Shown: positions 1-10,304, counted from the first letter of the stretch. The stretch is 64,000 bases of DNA from an uncultured Verrucomicrobiales bacterium (GCA_938008215.1 CALLLS010000009.1:8300-72299); one strand, 5' to 3'. The notes: generated from the letters alone by a model not told the origin. A program made the numbers and translations.

Positions 1-614
1 TGGAGCTGATAGACATCTTCTAAACCCTCTTTTTTAAGAAAACCACTGAATTTCTCGCAACGGATTCCGCCCGTGCAATAGGTCATTACTTTTTTCCCCT
101 GAAAGTTCTCTTTTCTTTCTCTTACCCAGTCCACGAGTTCACGAAAGCTTTCTACTTCAGGTAAGAGAGCACCATCAAAATGCCCTAACTCCCACTCATA
201 TTGGTTTCTGGCATCAATTATAATAGTATCATCACCTTTCATCATTTCCTGCCATAGGGTGGGATTTAAGTATTCGCCCGTAATGTCGCGAGGGGAGAAG
301 TCTTCGTCTTTGAGTCCGAGCGGGACGATTTCCTCACGAACCTTAATAGAAAGCTTAGGGAATTGATGGGCATTCACCTCATCCACTTTCCACTCCATGC
401 CTTTAGTCAGAGGGTGGTTATTCATGTAGTCTTGATACGCGGCACAATTCTTAGGGGAGCCAGAGACCGTTCCGTTGATTCCTTCTGTCCCTACCAAAAT
501 TCTGCCGCGTAATTGAAGGCGATTACATAGCTCTATATGCCCCTCACGATACCCTTCTGGATCGGGGAAGTGATTGTAGAAATAATAAAGCAATACTTGA
601 TAGGGAGCCGACAT
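1..614 (-). CDS. trhO: tRNA uridine(34) hydroxylase / rhodanese-domain protein (UPF0176, YceA/TrhO family), 3' end cut by window edge
   Basis: Not in the ORF track because it runs off the window edge. A reverse-strand ATG at 614-612 opens the frame MSAPYQVLLYYFY...GINGTVSG... It ends in the rhodanese active-site loop YCTGGIRCEKF. Confidence 0.8.
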   Translation of the reverse strand, partial: MSAPYQVLLYYFYNHFPDPEGYREGHIELCNRLQLRGRILVGTEGINGTVSGSPKNCAAYQDYMNNHPLTKGMEWKVDEVNAHQFPKLSIKVREEIVPLGLKDEDFSPRDITGEYLNPTLWQEMMKGDDTIIIDARNQYEWELGHFDGALLPEVESFRELVDWVRERKENFQGKKVMTYCTGGIRCEKFSGFLKKEGLEDVYQL

Positions 615-760
615 GGGGCGAGGAACAAATCACTAATCGAATAATAATTCAAGTGATTTGTATGGAACTAAAATTGGTCAACTTCATACATTTGCACTGT
701 AGTGATCTGTTAGCTTCATCATTTAAGTTTCCAAAGCTTTAAATATGTTATTGTAAAAAT

Positions 761-1651
761 TTAATTACCCGGAGGTACTATTTTAGTCTTCGAGTCTAAA
801 TATAGATGCTTTAGGCACATTAATCCGTTGCAGTGTGCTGGAATAGTAATGTTAGAATCTTCAAGGTAATCCTTAATATTTTTTTCTGATAAATTGTTTA
901 AGTCAACTACAGTTACATCTGGTAGATGCCCAAATTTATTGCGATCAATATTGTAAAATTCCTTATTAGACACCATTAGCCCTTTCCTGGTCACATCTGC
1001 ACCACTAAGAATAGTAATTGGTCTGTTGTCAGCTTTGCGCACTATGTTAATTATTTTTTCAACATCTCTCTCGTCCATATAGCCACGCGACATCCATACA
1101 CTGCCACTGTTAGGGAGGACTATTTCATCAATATAGTCTTTATCGTCAGTATTCATTATTCTACGCCCCCTTTTAGTGATACCAACAAACTGCCCATATA
1201 CTGGTACTATTGCACCTGCTGAAAAAGCAGCGTCGTCTAGGTTGCCTCTCGCTAAGGCTAGTAAAAGACTCCCAAAATCTGGGAATACTCCTACACCAGG
1301 AGTTAAGCCTGCAACATCTAATCCAGTCTGGGTCCTATCTAAAACTGAATTTAATCTGGCCTGACTGGACATGATAGGTTCCCCAAGGACTGTTTGAAGA
1401 CCTACAACACCAGACACAGAAGAGGTAGCAAGATTTCCGAATATACCCATTGCTTCATAGCTCATCTCAGCGGCATCGCGCCAATTCACTTCGCTTAAGG
1501 TTTCAAGCTCTGCTTTTGACACTTCAATATTGTCCACCTCGACTTCTTCAGGTTCTGGTATTTTAAATAGACTACCCCATGAAGCTTCAGCTGGGGGGGC
1601 AGGCTGACCAAGCGCTAAATGCACGAGTAAAAAATAAATAAGAATTTTCAT
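761..1651 (-). CDS. Sec-exported hypothetical protein with a polymorphic-toxin-like pre-toxin linker and an unknown ~130-aa C-terminal module
   Basis: Signal peptide MKILIYFLLVHLALGQP. The mid-region LDVAGLTPGVGVFPDFGSLLLALARGNLDDAAFSAGAIVPVYG...KRGRR resembles linkers that precede toxin modules. The coding DNA is AT-rich. Confidence 0.45.
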   Translation of the reverse strand: MKILIYFLLVHLALGQPAPPAEASWGSLFKIPEPEEVEVDNIEVSKAELETLSEVNWRDAAEMSYEAMGIFGNLATSSVSGVVGLQTVLGEPIMSSQARLNSVLDRTQTGLDVAGLTPGVGVFPDFGSLLLALARGNLDDAAFSAGAIVPVYGQFVGITKRGRRIMNTDDKDYIDEIVLPNSGSVWMSRGYMDERDVEKIINIVRKADNRPITILSGADVTRKGLMVSNKEFYNIDRNKFGHLPDVTVVDLNNLSEKNIKDYLEDSNITIPAHCNGLMCLKHLYLDSKTKIVPPGN

Positions 1652-1786
1652 AATGAAGAATTCAAAAGTTTTTCAGGAAAAATGTCAACATATTACTAGA
1701 GAGCCAGCTCTAGTTACTTATTGAGGAAAGGGAGGCAAGCGACGAAATTTTAGCTTAAAGTGCGTATTTAGGTTTGCAAGATAGGA

Positions 1787-2020
1787 TTAGTCTATATCTA
1801 CGACATCAGTATTATCATTTTTCTCTTTCTTCCCAAAGAGCCTGAGGACATCTAACCCCAGAACTCTCAGGCAGGCTATGAGGATGCCTGTTACAGCGGC
1901 TTCATCTAAGTTACCAATCCCTGGGATGTTATCTGGGATGATCTCTAATAACCCAGCGGTAGGATTGATGATATAAACGACGGATAAGACTGCTCCAATT
2001 GCTGCGAATAGTTTCTTCAT
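1787..2020 (-). CDS. DUF1232 (YkvA-like) small membrane protein
   Basis: 77 aa. The motif IIPDNIPGIGNLDEAAV matches the DUF1232 signature P-D-x-IP-x-x-G-x-x-D-D/E. Confidence 0.6.
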   Translation of the reverse strand: MKKLFAAIGAVLSVVYIINPTAGLLEIIPDNIPGIGNLDEAAVTGILIACLRVLGLDVLRLFGKKEKNDNTDVVDID

Positions 2021-2135
2021 ATTGCTTTAGACCTTAGCACCCCCGTTATAAAGTCACGCACTTTTTTGTAATGAGGTGAGTTATTCTATAATAAACGACC
2101 TTGCATCATATGGGGCAACATTGAAGAATCCTTAA

Positions 2136-2723
2136 ATGTTAATCGTTTTTGAAGGAATTGATGGAACAGGGAAGTCCACACAGGTGAAGATGTTAGCAGA
2201 GGCTTTGCAAGAAAGAGGGATGACGGTGCAGTCTTCCTTTGAGCCTACGAACGGAACTTACGGAAGCTTGGTGCGTAATTCCGCAACAAGACCAGCGGGT
2301 CGCTATTCACTGGAAGAAGAATTTGAGCTTTTCCTTAAAGATAGAAAGGAGCACATAGAGACCCTTATTCAACCTGCTCTGGATCGTGGTGAAGTAGTCA
2401 TCCTAGACCGCTATTACTTTTCCACGATGGCATACCAAGGAGCGAGAGGGCTGGACGTGAAGATGATTCGCAAGAAGAATGAGGAGTTCGCGATTATACC
2501 TGATTTAGTCATTGTTCTCACCGTGCCGATTGAGGAATCGCTTAAACGTATCGGGGTAAGAGATGGAGAGGGAAATGCCTTTGAGAAGCGTGAGAACCTA
2601 GAAAGATGCGCCGAGATTTTTAATGACTTAGATGACCAATTCGTCCACTTTATCAGTGCTGTAGATACACCTGAGCAAGTCCATGAAGAAGTGAGAAGAC
2701 TCGTGATGGGTTATATGAGCTAA
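2136..2723 (+). CDS. tmk: thymidylate kinase
   Basis: P-loop FEGIDGTGKST, a DRY motif, and typical Tmk length (195 aa). Confidence 0.9.
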   Translation: MLIVFEGIDGTGKSTQVKMLAEALQERGMTVQSSFEPTNGTYGSLVRNSATRPAGRYSLEEEFELFLKDRKEHIETLIQPALDRGEVVILDRYYFSTMAYQGARGLDVKMIRKKNEEFAIIPDLVIVLTVPIEESLKRIGVRDGEGNAFEKRENLERCAEIFNDLDDQFVHFISAVDTPEQVHEEVRRLVMGYMS

Positions 2724-3343
2724 AGCTCTCCAATCTTAGCCATAATGGTATCAGCTATTTCTTGATACTGTTTCTTCCCCTTAATTTTTCCCATATAGGA
2801 GAAGTCTATAGGTTTCCCTATGGATACAGTTACAGGTCCAGGCTTAGGGAATTTCATATGGCGCGGCCATGCTTGGAATGCCCCCTCGATACGCACAGGC
2901 TGAACGATGGCGTTACTCTTAGCAACGATCATCCCGACTCCGCCGGAAGCGTCATGAAGTTTACCGTCTTCACATCTGGCACCCTCTGGAAAGATGAGAA
3001 CCCGATTGCCTTTCTTCACTTGATTGATAATGATCTTGATAGAGGCAAGGTCTGCACCGTCTTGATTAATTGGCACGGCATTAACAGCCGCAATGACTTT
3101 ACCAAAGATTTTTACCAAAAAAGACTTCCCTGTGAAGAGGGTGTCTCTAGCAAGAAAATGTATCTGCCCAGGGTATGAGACTGCCACGAAGGGCGGATCC
3201 AGAAAGCTTTGGTGATTACATGCGATGATGGTGCCACCTTGATTTGGGTGAACTAGATTTTCTGCGCCCTCTACACGAAGGCTGAAAAAGGCTTTTCCAA
3301 AGGAAAGGTAAAGGGTTTTAAGAAACCAGTAGAGAGGGTTCAT
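2720..3343 (-). CDS. plsC: 1-acyl-sn-glycerol-3-phosphate acyltransferase
   Basis: HX4D motif NHQSFLD and the FPEGAR block of lysophospholipid acyltransferases. Confidence 0.85.
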   Translation of the reverse strand: MNPLYWFLKTLYLSFGKAFFSLRVEGAENLVHPNQGGTIIACNHQSFLDPPFVAVSYPGQIHFLARDTLFTGKSFLVKIFGKVIAAVNAVPINQDGADLASIKIIINQVKKGNRVLIFPEGARCEDGKLHDASGGVGMIVAKSNAIVQPVRIEGAFQAWPRHMKFPKPGPVTVSIGKPIDFSYMGKIKGKKQYQEIADTIMAKIGEL

Positions 3344-3347
3344 GGTG

Positions 3348-5066
3348 TTACTCTGTTACAGAATTCGGTTTTCTGGCAATCACGATTTCCACCCAACTAC
3401 TATTCCCGGGGTTCCAGCCTTGAATTTTACCGACTTCTTCTACTCCGAATTTTTTAATGTAGGCGTTTACGCGATCCGTATCATCATCCACGGGTGCTGG
3501 GGTGAGTCTCGCCTTTATGTCTTCTAAGAAGTCATCGTCCACGCGCCACCGCTTAGTTTGGAAGATCATTTCACCGGCATCGGCAAACCCTTCAGTAGTG
3601 TCTGGATTTCCTAAGAGCCAGAAGTCTGAAGGATACCATATGAGCGTTCCCTCTTGGAAGCCCCATGCGGCGCGTTCCGTGGCTCTATCTGGTGAGAGAT
3701 ATTCCATGAGGCGAACGGTGGCGTGTGCTTTTCTAGCGTAGTCCGCGCCAGGAATCATCATGACAGAGGCGAGCAGGGCAAAGCTGACCGCTTTCCACCC
3801 TGCGTCAATTGAATTTTTATAAACGTAGATTGCAGCGATCCCAAAAAAAGCGAGTAAGAGAAAGAGGGAGAAAAAGAGTCCTTTCATCGGTGCCAGTTCT
3901 CCACTGGCTGGGGTAAGGAGGAAGCCTGTAAGCATCCCCAGAGAAAGGAGAAAGGCTACGCAGATAATAGCTATGCCTAAAACCTTCCCTAGCCAACTTT
4001 TCTTATACGCCGTGCCGATGACTCCTGCGAGGAGAAGCATGAATGCTGGGTAACCAGGAAGGATGTAGTGCGGGAGCTGCGTCTTCATAAAGCTGAAGAT
4101 GAGGAAGGAGCTAATGAACCACGCAAAGAGGTAGTTGCCGCTTTGCATTTCTGCTTGGGGAGCTTTAGGTGAAATTCCTTCTTTAATGGCTCTCGTTAAC
4201 TGCCCCGACCATGGGAGGAGGAAGGGGAACATATAGACTAAGTAAATCCAATAGACGACCTTTCGATTGTTCATGCTGGTGGTGGCGCGTTCTACCACGT
4301 GTTTCCCGATCCCGACATTGAAGTATTGGTAGTCTGTCTTAAGCATTGCGGGCACACCCCAAAGCGCGACGATTCCCAGTGATAGCGGAATTCCCAATAG
4401 GGTGCAGCCTAATGTCTTCCAACAGGATGCCAAAGCGTGAGGCGAGTGGGCGCTTCTTCTTATCGCGACCAATCCTGTGTAAAGAAGAAGAGTGATGAGC
4501 GGAATGGCATAGGCGAGCGGTCCTTTCGCTAAAAAACCGAGACTAACCGAGATGTGGAACAGCCAAAACCATCTGGATAAAAGCTTTCCATCGCGCTTTC
4601 GTAGCATTTCCCATTGTGCCCATTGACTGAGTGCTAGGAATAGAATGAGTGGCATGTCAGCCACCGCCATCCGTCCATGAATGAGAACTTGGAATGAGCA
4701 GAGCCACATCGCACCCGCCAGCACGGAACGCTCGGTGGAAAGCCCTATGCGCCTTCCCATCGTGAGGATCGCCATCGCGATGAGCCATGCCGAAAGAGTG
4801 GAGTGCAGTCGTGCAGAAAACTCATGCTTTCCGAAGAGGGAGTAGTTTAGACGCATCCACCAATACGTCAGTGGTGGTTTATCGAAGCGGTATTCATTAT
4901 TGAAATACGGCACCACCCACTCGCCCCGATCCATCATCTCGATCGTGGCGTGTGAGAAACGCGGCTCGTCCCGATCCATTAAAGGTAACCTAAAAATCCC
5001 AGGTAACAGCGCGAGTGCTGCAATGAGGGAGAGGATCAATCTAGGGTGGTGAGAAACGAGAGACAT
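3348..5066 (-). CDS. GT39/ArnT-like polyprenyl-phosphate-sugar glycosyltransferase (integral membrane)
   Basis: N-terminal DEPRF...KPPLTYWW motif and many transmembrane segments. 572 aa. Confidence 0.7.
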   Translation of the reverse strand: MSLVSHHPRLILSLIAALALLPGIFRLPLMDRDEPRFSHATIEMMDRGEWVVPYFNNEYRFDKPPLTYWWMRLNYSLFGKHEFSARLHSTLSAWLIAMAILTMGRRIGLSTERSVLAGAMWLCSFQVLIHGRMAVADMPLILFLALSQWAQWEMLRKRDGKLLSRWFWLFHISVSLGFLAKGPLAYAIPLITLLLYTGLVAIRRSAHSPHALASCWKTLGCTLLGIPLSLGIVALWGVPAMLKTDYQYFNVGIGKHVVERATTSMNNRKVVYWIYLVYMFPFLLPWSGQLTRAIKEGISPKAPQAEMQSGNYLFAWFISSFLIFSFMKTQLPHYILPGYPAFMLLLAGVIGTAYKKSWLGKVLGIAIICVAFLLSLGMLTGFLLTPASGELAPMKGLFFSLFLLLAFFGIAAIYVYKNSIDAGWKAVSFALLASVMMIPGADYARKAHATVRLMEYLSPDRATERAAWGFQEGTLIWYPSDFWLLGNPDTTEGFADAGEMIFQTKRWRVDDDFLEDIKARLTPAPVDDDTDRVNAYIKKFGVEEVGKIQGWNPGNSSWVEIVIARKPNSVTE

Positions 5067-5156
5067 TGATTTTTATTTATCATGGATGAGAAAAACACGC
5101 AAAGAATTCTTGCCATATGGAAATAGTGAGTTAAAAAAATTGTCCAATTTCTTAAT

Positions 5157-5244
5157 GCTCGGGTGGCGGAATTGGTAGACGCGCCAGACTAAGGATCTGG
5201 TGGACATTATGTCCGTGGGGGTTCGACTCCCCCCTCGAGCACCA
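5157..5244 (+). tRNA. tRNA-Leu (type II, long variable arm); anticodon reads AAG; CCA encoded
   Basis: Acceptor stem GCTCGGG/CTCGAGC and D arm GCGGAATTGGTAGACGC. Anticodon stem CCAGA/TCTGG with loop CTAAGGA. Variable hairpin GGACA-TTA-TGTCC. T arm GGGGG-TTCGACT-CCCCC, followed by A-CCA. Confidence 0.9.
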
Positions 5245-5245
5245 T

Positions 5246-6289
5246 TTAATCTTCTTCAAGGGTTTTGACCTTGGCTTCTAGACTCTTGATGCGTTCGAGT
5301 AATTTTGGCAGGCGATTTACAAGTGCTTTACTTTTACGGCTATCATTTATGGGGCGGGCAGGGCTGCCTTGATAGTAACCTGGTTCATCTTGGCTTTTAG
5401 CGAGTCCAGACTGACCAGCAATGACAACACCTTTCCCTATTTTAAGGTGACCTGCTGTGCCAGATTGGGGTCCGATAATGACATGCTCTTCTGTTTCGGT
5501 GCTTCCAGAAATACCACATTGAGCAACAAGAAGATTATGGCGGCCAATCTTCACATTATGGGCAACTTGAACGAGGTTATCGATTTTAGTACCTTGTTGT
5601 ATGATGGTCTTGCCAAAGCGCGCGCGATCTATGGTGCAGTTTGCCCCTATTTCAACATCATCTTCGATGATGACACTCCCTATTTGAGGGATCTTTACAT
5701 GCCTTCCCTCTACATCTTCATACCCAAAACCATCTGAGCCAATTACGGTGCCAGGCTGAATACGGACATTTGAGCCTATTACTGTATCTTCTCGCAACAC
5801 AACGTTTTGGTAAATGACAGTGTCTTCTCCTAACTTCACATTATTGGAGAGGACAGCTCCGGCATGGATGATACAGCCTTTTCCAATGGCAACATTTTCA
5901 CCGATTATGGCTCCTGCCATGATTGCAACTTGACCATTGGGAATGCGAGCGGAAGGCGAAATGCAAGCATGATCGGAAATATTAAACTCTATTGCATTTT
6001 GCGCTTCTGCAAAATGATTGATGACTTTAGAAAATGCTAAAGTAGGATTTTCTACGTGAATTACCCCAATGCCTTCAGGAGCTTCTTTTAGTAAAGAAGG
6101 TGCAATAACCAGTCTAGATTTGGTAGAAAGAAAGTCTTTATAATACTTTTCGTTTCCCAGGAAAGAGACCTCGTGAGCTAATGCTTCCGATAGAGAGTTG
6201 ATGCCAGTAAAGTTCTGGCTAGAAGATATGAAAAGATCGCCCCCTATGAGGTTGGCGATCTCTTGTGCTGATAAGGTGTGGTTACTCAC
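5246..6289 (-). CDS. lpxD: UDP-3-O-acylglucosamine N-acyltransferase
   Basis: Left-handed beta-helix hexapeptide repeats. The N-terminal domain and C-terminal coiled tail are typical of LpxD. Sits directly downstream of skp. Confidence 0.9.
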   Translation of the reverse strand: MSNHTLSAQEIANLIGGDLFISSSQNFTGINSLSEALAHEVSFLGNEKYYKDFLSTKSRLVIAPSLLKEAPEGIGVIHVENPTLAFSKVINHFAEAQNAIEFNISDHACISPSARIPNGQVAIMAGAIIGENVAIGKGCIIHAGAVLSNNVKLGEDTVIYQNVVLREDTVIGSNVRIQPGTVIGSDGFGYEDVEGRHVKIPQIGSVIIEDDVEIGANCTIDRARFGKTIIQQGTKIDNLVQVAHNVKIGRHNLLVAQCGISGSTETEEHVIIGPQSGTAGHLKIGKGVVIAGQSGLAKSQDEPGYYQGSPARPINDSRKSKALVNRLPKLLERIKSLEAKVKTLEED

Positions 6290-6308
6290 CTAATTTATAT
6301 ATTGAGAT

Positions 6309-6890
6309 TTAGTCTTTAGGAGGAGCGTTTTCGTTTAACTTGGTAGCGAGCACTTCCGTGATGTCTACAGCATCCTTAGAGTAAAGGAGAAAGGGGACTT
6401 GGTTCACTCCTGCCGCTGTTTTATTAAAAACGTAGTCGTAGTTATCTGATTTAGAGGCAACTTCTACTACTTCATTGATTTCGTCTAAAATGACTTTCAT
6501 GTCCTGGCGCGTTTTCTCCATCAGAGCTGCATTACGACGTTGTAGGAACTCACGGCGCTCACGGTCAAGTGCTATCCCTTCTTGACGCTTTTCTTCAAAT
6601 GACTTCGCTAATTCTTGCTTCTTACTATCTCCGAGAGTTGGGTCTTCTAGTTTTTTACGAAGATCTTTTATGTCTGTTTCAAGACCACGAATTTTGGTGA
6701 GTCTCTCATCATTTTCCTTTTGTACACGAGCGCGTTCTACATTGATCTCTTGTTGTGTGACATCTGTTTTATGGTATCCCTCGAAAAGCTTATTCATGTC
6801 TACAGTAGCAATTTTGAGTTGAGCTTGAGCTACAGATATAAAGGAAATTCCAGCTAGGGAGAAGAGGGTGATTTTTCTTAGAATATTCAT
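6309..6890 (-). CDS. skp: OmpH/Skp periplasmic chaperone
   Basis: Signal peptide followed by a charged coiled-coil body. Conserved skp-lpxD arrangement. Confidence 0.8.
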   Translation of the reverse strand: MNILRKITLFSLAGISFISVAQAQLKIATVDMNKLFEGYHKTDVTQQEINVERARVQKENDERLTKIRGLETDIKDLRKKLEDPTLGDSKKQELAKSFEEKRQEGIALDRERREFLQRRNAALMEKTRQDMKVILDEINEVVEVASKSDNYDYVFNKTAAGVNQVPFLLYSKDAVDITEVLATKLNENAPPKD

Positions 6891-6952
6891 TTAGTTTTAA
6901 GAAAGGCCAACACGCCTTTTTCGTCAACGCTCGATTCTACTTTATTTTAGAA

Positions 6953-7846
6953 ATGTTTTCCTCTTCACTCATTATAAAAAAGATGGAGTGTCTAAAATTC
7001 ATTTCTCAGGTGAGAAAAGCCAGAAAAGATAATTTAATTCAGCATTTAGCGTTGGTGCCGACGATGGGGGCATTACATGCAGGGCATAGAGCACTTATCC
7101 AAGAAGCGAGAAAAAAAGTTGGAAACGAAGGGGTCGTTATCGTTAGTATATTTGTGAACCCTACGCAATTCGATAAGAAAGGCGATCTAGAGAATTACCC
7201 TCGAGATTTAGAGGTAGACTTGGGGGTTTGTGAAGAAGAAGGCGTAGACTATGTATTTTGTCCTACTGTTAGTGAGGTTTACCAAGAAGGAGCATCCGTC
7301 ACTTTATCAGAGAAGATTCTTTCTAATACTTTATGTGGTGCGAGTAGGACGGGGCACTTTGATGGCGTCTGCACGGTGGTGATGAAACTCTACAATATTG
7401 TGCAGCCTAATTTAATGGTTTTTGGAGAAAAGGACTTTCAACAGCTTGCGATTATACGACGGATGGTGAGAGACTTAAACATGGCGGTGGAAATAGTTGG
7501 GGTGCCGACTGTTCGCGAGGCTAGCGGGCTCGCGTTATCATCCCGTAATGCGAGGCTCTCGATAGACGAACTCAAAGAAGCATCAAAGATTAATGCCACC
7601 CTTATTGAGATTAAAAAAGGTCTTGAATCGGGGGTTTTAGATGTAGGGAATTGTAAGAGCTACTTTGGCGATAGAATGAAAACGCTGAATTCCAAAATAA
7701 AGGTTGATTATGCAGAAGTAGTAAATGCGGAAACCTTACAGCCAATAAAGCAAAATTGGTCAGAGAACGCAATCTTGGCGGTCGCTGTATTCTTTGGTTC
7801 TGTAAGACTCATTGATCATATAGCTATTGACCTGAGTAAAATGTAG
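6953..7846 (+). CDS. panC: pantoate--beta-alanine ligase
   Basis: VPTMGALHAGH signature. The true start may be the ATG at 6983 (MECLKF...), which gives the usual N-terminal length. Confidence 0.9.
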   Translation: MFSSSLIIKKMECLKFISQVRKARKDNLIQHLALVPTMGALHAGHRALIQEARKKVGNEGVVIVSIFVNPTQFDKKGDLENYPRDLEVDLGVCEEEGVDYVFCPTVSEVYQEGASVTLSEKILSNTLCGASRTGHFDGVCTVVMKLYNIVQPNLMVFGEKDFQQLAIIRRMVRDLNMAVEIVGVPTVREASGLALSSRNARLSIDELKEASKINATLIEIKKGLESGVLDVGNCKSYFGDRMKTLNSKIKVDYAEVVNAETLQPIKQNWSENAILAVAVFFGSVRLIDHIAIDLSKM

Positions 7847-7868
7847 TTAATGCTATAGCAGACTTATC

Positions 7869-9500
7869 ATGATTAGAGACGCTACAGTGGAAACAGACTT
7901 TTTAGTGATCGGAGCGGGGATTGCGGGGCTTTCTTTTGCTCTCCGTGCGGCCAAGGTAGGCACGGTAACAGTGATTTGTAAGGGTAAGCTTATGGAGTCT
8001 AACACCAGCTGGGCTCAAGGAGGGATTTCATCCGTCTTAAGTGAAGAATTACGAGAGGCAGGGGATACTATTGAGAAGCATATTGCAGACACCTTAGACG
8101 CTGGCGCGGGGTTATGTAACGAAGAAGCGGTGCGTGTTTTGGTTAAAGAGGGGCAAGCCACTATTACTGACCTCATTGAAAACGGAGTAGATTTTGATAA
8201 AGAGGACGGCAAGTATTCCTTGGGGAAAGAAGGAGGGCATAGTGAGAGAAGAATTTTACATGCCAAGGATACGACGGGGAGAGAGATTGCTTCCTCTCTT
8301 GTTGCACAGGCACAGAATCATGAGAGCATCACCTTACTTGAGGATCACTTTGCTATTGATTTAATCACTTCCTCTCGTTTAGGCGTGGTTACGGAAGATC
8401 GCGTCTTAGGGGCATACGTCTTTAAGAATAATACGGAAAAAGTGATTACGTTTCGCTCAGACCGTATCATTTTAGCAACTGGAGGAAGTGGAAAGGCTTA
8501 TCTCTATACCACAAATCCGGATAGTGCAACAGGTGACGGCGTGGCTATGGCATGGCGAGCAGGAGCAAAAATTGCTAACATGGAATTCACCCAGTTTCAC
8601 CCTACTTGTTTTTATAATCCAGCTGCGAGTGGAGCAGAAGCGCGATCCTTTTTAGTCTCAGAGGCGGTGAGAGGCGAGGGTGGTATCTTAGTGGATGCAG
8701 ATGGGAATGACTTCATGAAAGAGTACGACGAGCGGGGGAGTTTAGCTCCGCGTGACATCGTCGCCAGAGCTATTGACCAAGAGATTAAGAAAACTGGTGC
8801 AAGCTGCGTTTATTTAGATGTAACCCATAAGCCGAAGGGCTTCATGAAAGAGCGCTTTCCCTTTATATATGAATCACTTAAGCAATATGGACATGACTCT
8901 GAAGTGGCACCTATTCCAGTAGTTCCTGCAGCGCATTACCAATGTGGGGGTGTGCAAACCGATCTTTACGGAAAGACTATCGTTCGGGGGCTTTATGCGG
9001 TGGGAGAGGTGGCTTGCACAGGATTCCACGGAGCAAACCGTTTAGCGTCTAATTCTCTTCTAGAAGCGAACGCTATCGCAAGACGAGCCTTTGATGAAAT
9101 CATGCGACTGTATCCTCCGGGAAGAGAGGAATCCGCAGTGCTTGATCTTCCACCATGGAATTATGGAGATCTAACGCCGCCTGATGAGCTGGTGAATATT
9201 TATCATAATTGGGATGAGTTGCGCCGCACAATGTGGGATTATGTGTCCATAGTAAGGTCAGAAAACAGACTGAAGCGTGCGGGTGTAAGGCTCAGAAATT
9301 TAAGGCGAGAAGTAAAAGACTTTTACTGGGGATACCGCGTGAATTATGACATCTTAGAGCTTCGTAATTTAGTGGCCGTAGCCTCATTAATGATTGATTG
9401 CGCACAAATGAGAAAAGAGTCCCGCGGTCTGCATTATATGTTAGAATATCCTGATTCGGTAGATTGTCTTAAAAAAGATACAGTCCTTAGGCGTTTTTAG
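7869..9500 (+). CDS. nadB: L-aspartate oxidase
   Basis: FAD fold GAGIAG, plus HYQCGG and RLASNSLLE blocks. Confidence 0.9.
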   Translation: MIRDATVETDFLVIGAGIAGLSFALRAAKVGTVTVICKGKLMESNTSWAQGGISSVLSEELREAGDTIEKHIADTLDAGAGLCNEEAVRVLVKEGQATITDLIENGVDFDKEDGKYSLGKEGGHSERRILHAKDTTGREIASSLVAQAQNHESITLLEDHFAIDLITSSRLGVVTEDRVLGAYVFKNNTEKVITFRSDRIILATGGSGKAYLYTTNPDSATGDGVAMAWRAGAKIANMEFTQFHPTCFYNPAASGAEARSFLVSEAVRGEGGILVDADGNDFMKEYDERGSLAPRDIVARAIDQEIKKTGASCVYLDVTHKPKGFMKERFPFIYESLKQYGHDSEVAPIPVVPAAHYQCGGVQTDLYGKTIVRGLYAVGEVACTGFHGANRLASNSLLEANAIARRAFDEIMRLYPPGREESAVLDLPPWNYGDLTPPDELVNIYHNWDELRRTMWDYVSIVRSENRLKRAGVRLRNLRREVKDFYWGYRVNYDILELRNLVAVASLMIDCAQMRKESRGLHYMLEYPDSVDCLKKDTVLRRF

Positions 9501-9523
9501 GGGGGAACTCGCTTTACACATTT

Positions 9524-10285
9524 ATGGCATTCCATCACTATATTAACCCCGTGACCACGTTGCTATTTTTAGTAATGAGCTCAGGTGAGTTATGTAGCCA
9601 AAATATTCATGCCCCTTCATCTCATCATAGGGGAAGAAATACAAAGGACTCTTTGAATGCGGTATATCCCTGGAGGAAGGATGTTACCTCTACTGTTTTT
9701 TGGATTGGTGAGGCTCCAGCTGGGGCTAATAAAACACCTAATTATGCTTCGTCTTGGGATGGGAGCTGGACGCGTAATTACGGAGGATACGATAATCCAG
9801 ACCCGAAGGCAAGAAAGGGTTGTCGTCCTACAGCGTTTGTTCCTAAACAAAACCCGTTTTATGTCGCATTACCATATAATGACGTGAGAGCGGGGAATAT
9901 GCATAAAAAGGAAGCCTCAAAGGTCATTCCTTGGTTTAAGGCATTGAGTCCTTTGCGGGGGAGAACCGTGCTAAAAGGGAAATGGATTCAGATTCTCCAT
10001 GATGGTAAATCATGCTACGCTCAATGGGAAGACTGTGGTCCGTGGACGACTGACGACTACAATTATGTGTTTAAGGGGAGTAAGCCTCAGAATTCTAAGA
10101 ATGGAGGCGCTGGGATTGATGTTTCCCCTGCTATTAGAGATTACTTAGGGCTTAGATCAGGTGAAAAATGCCACTGGAGGTTTGTTCCATTTAGCAGAAT
10201 TCCGCGTGGACCTTGGAGCCTTTATGGAGCAAATAACCCATTCGTAAACCCTAGATCTCACATTGCTCATCGAGTGAAGCGATAA
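9524..10285 (+). CDS. secreted hypothetical protein (possible barwin/RlpA-like beta-barrel)
   Basis: Has a signal peptide. Segments CYAQWEDCGPW and GAGIDVSPAIRDYLGL are faintly DPBB-like. No firm family assignment. Confidence 0.4.
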   Translation: MAFHHYINPVTTLLFLVMSSGELCSQNIHAPSSHHRGRNTKDSLNAVYPWRKDVTSTVFWIGEAPAGANKTPNYASSWDGSWTRNYGGYDNPDPKARKGCRPTAFVPKQNPFYVALPYNDVRAGNMHKKEASKVIPWFKALSPLRGRTVLKGKWIQILHDGKSCYAQWEDCGPWTTDDYNYVFKGSKPQNSKNGGAGIDVSPAIRDYLGLRSGEKCHWRFVPFSRIPRGPWSLYGANNPFVNPRSHIAHRVKR

Positions 10286-10304
10286 GTATTTGTTGCTTTA
10301 AGGG

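Noticed and set aside
5067-5260. tRNA-Leu as an integration hotspot (prophage or island)
   Set aside because: Conserved envelope genes (the ArnT-like gene and lpxD) flank it directly. There is no integrase, no duplicated tRNA 3' end and no foreign-looking DNA.
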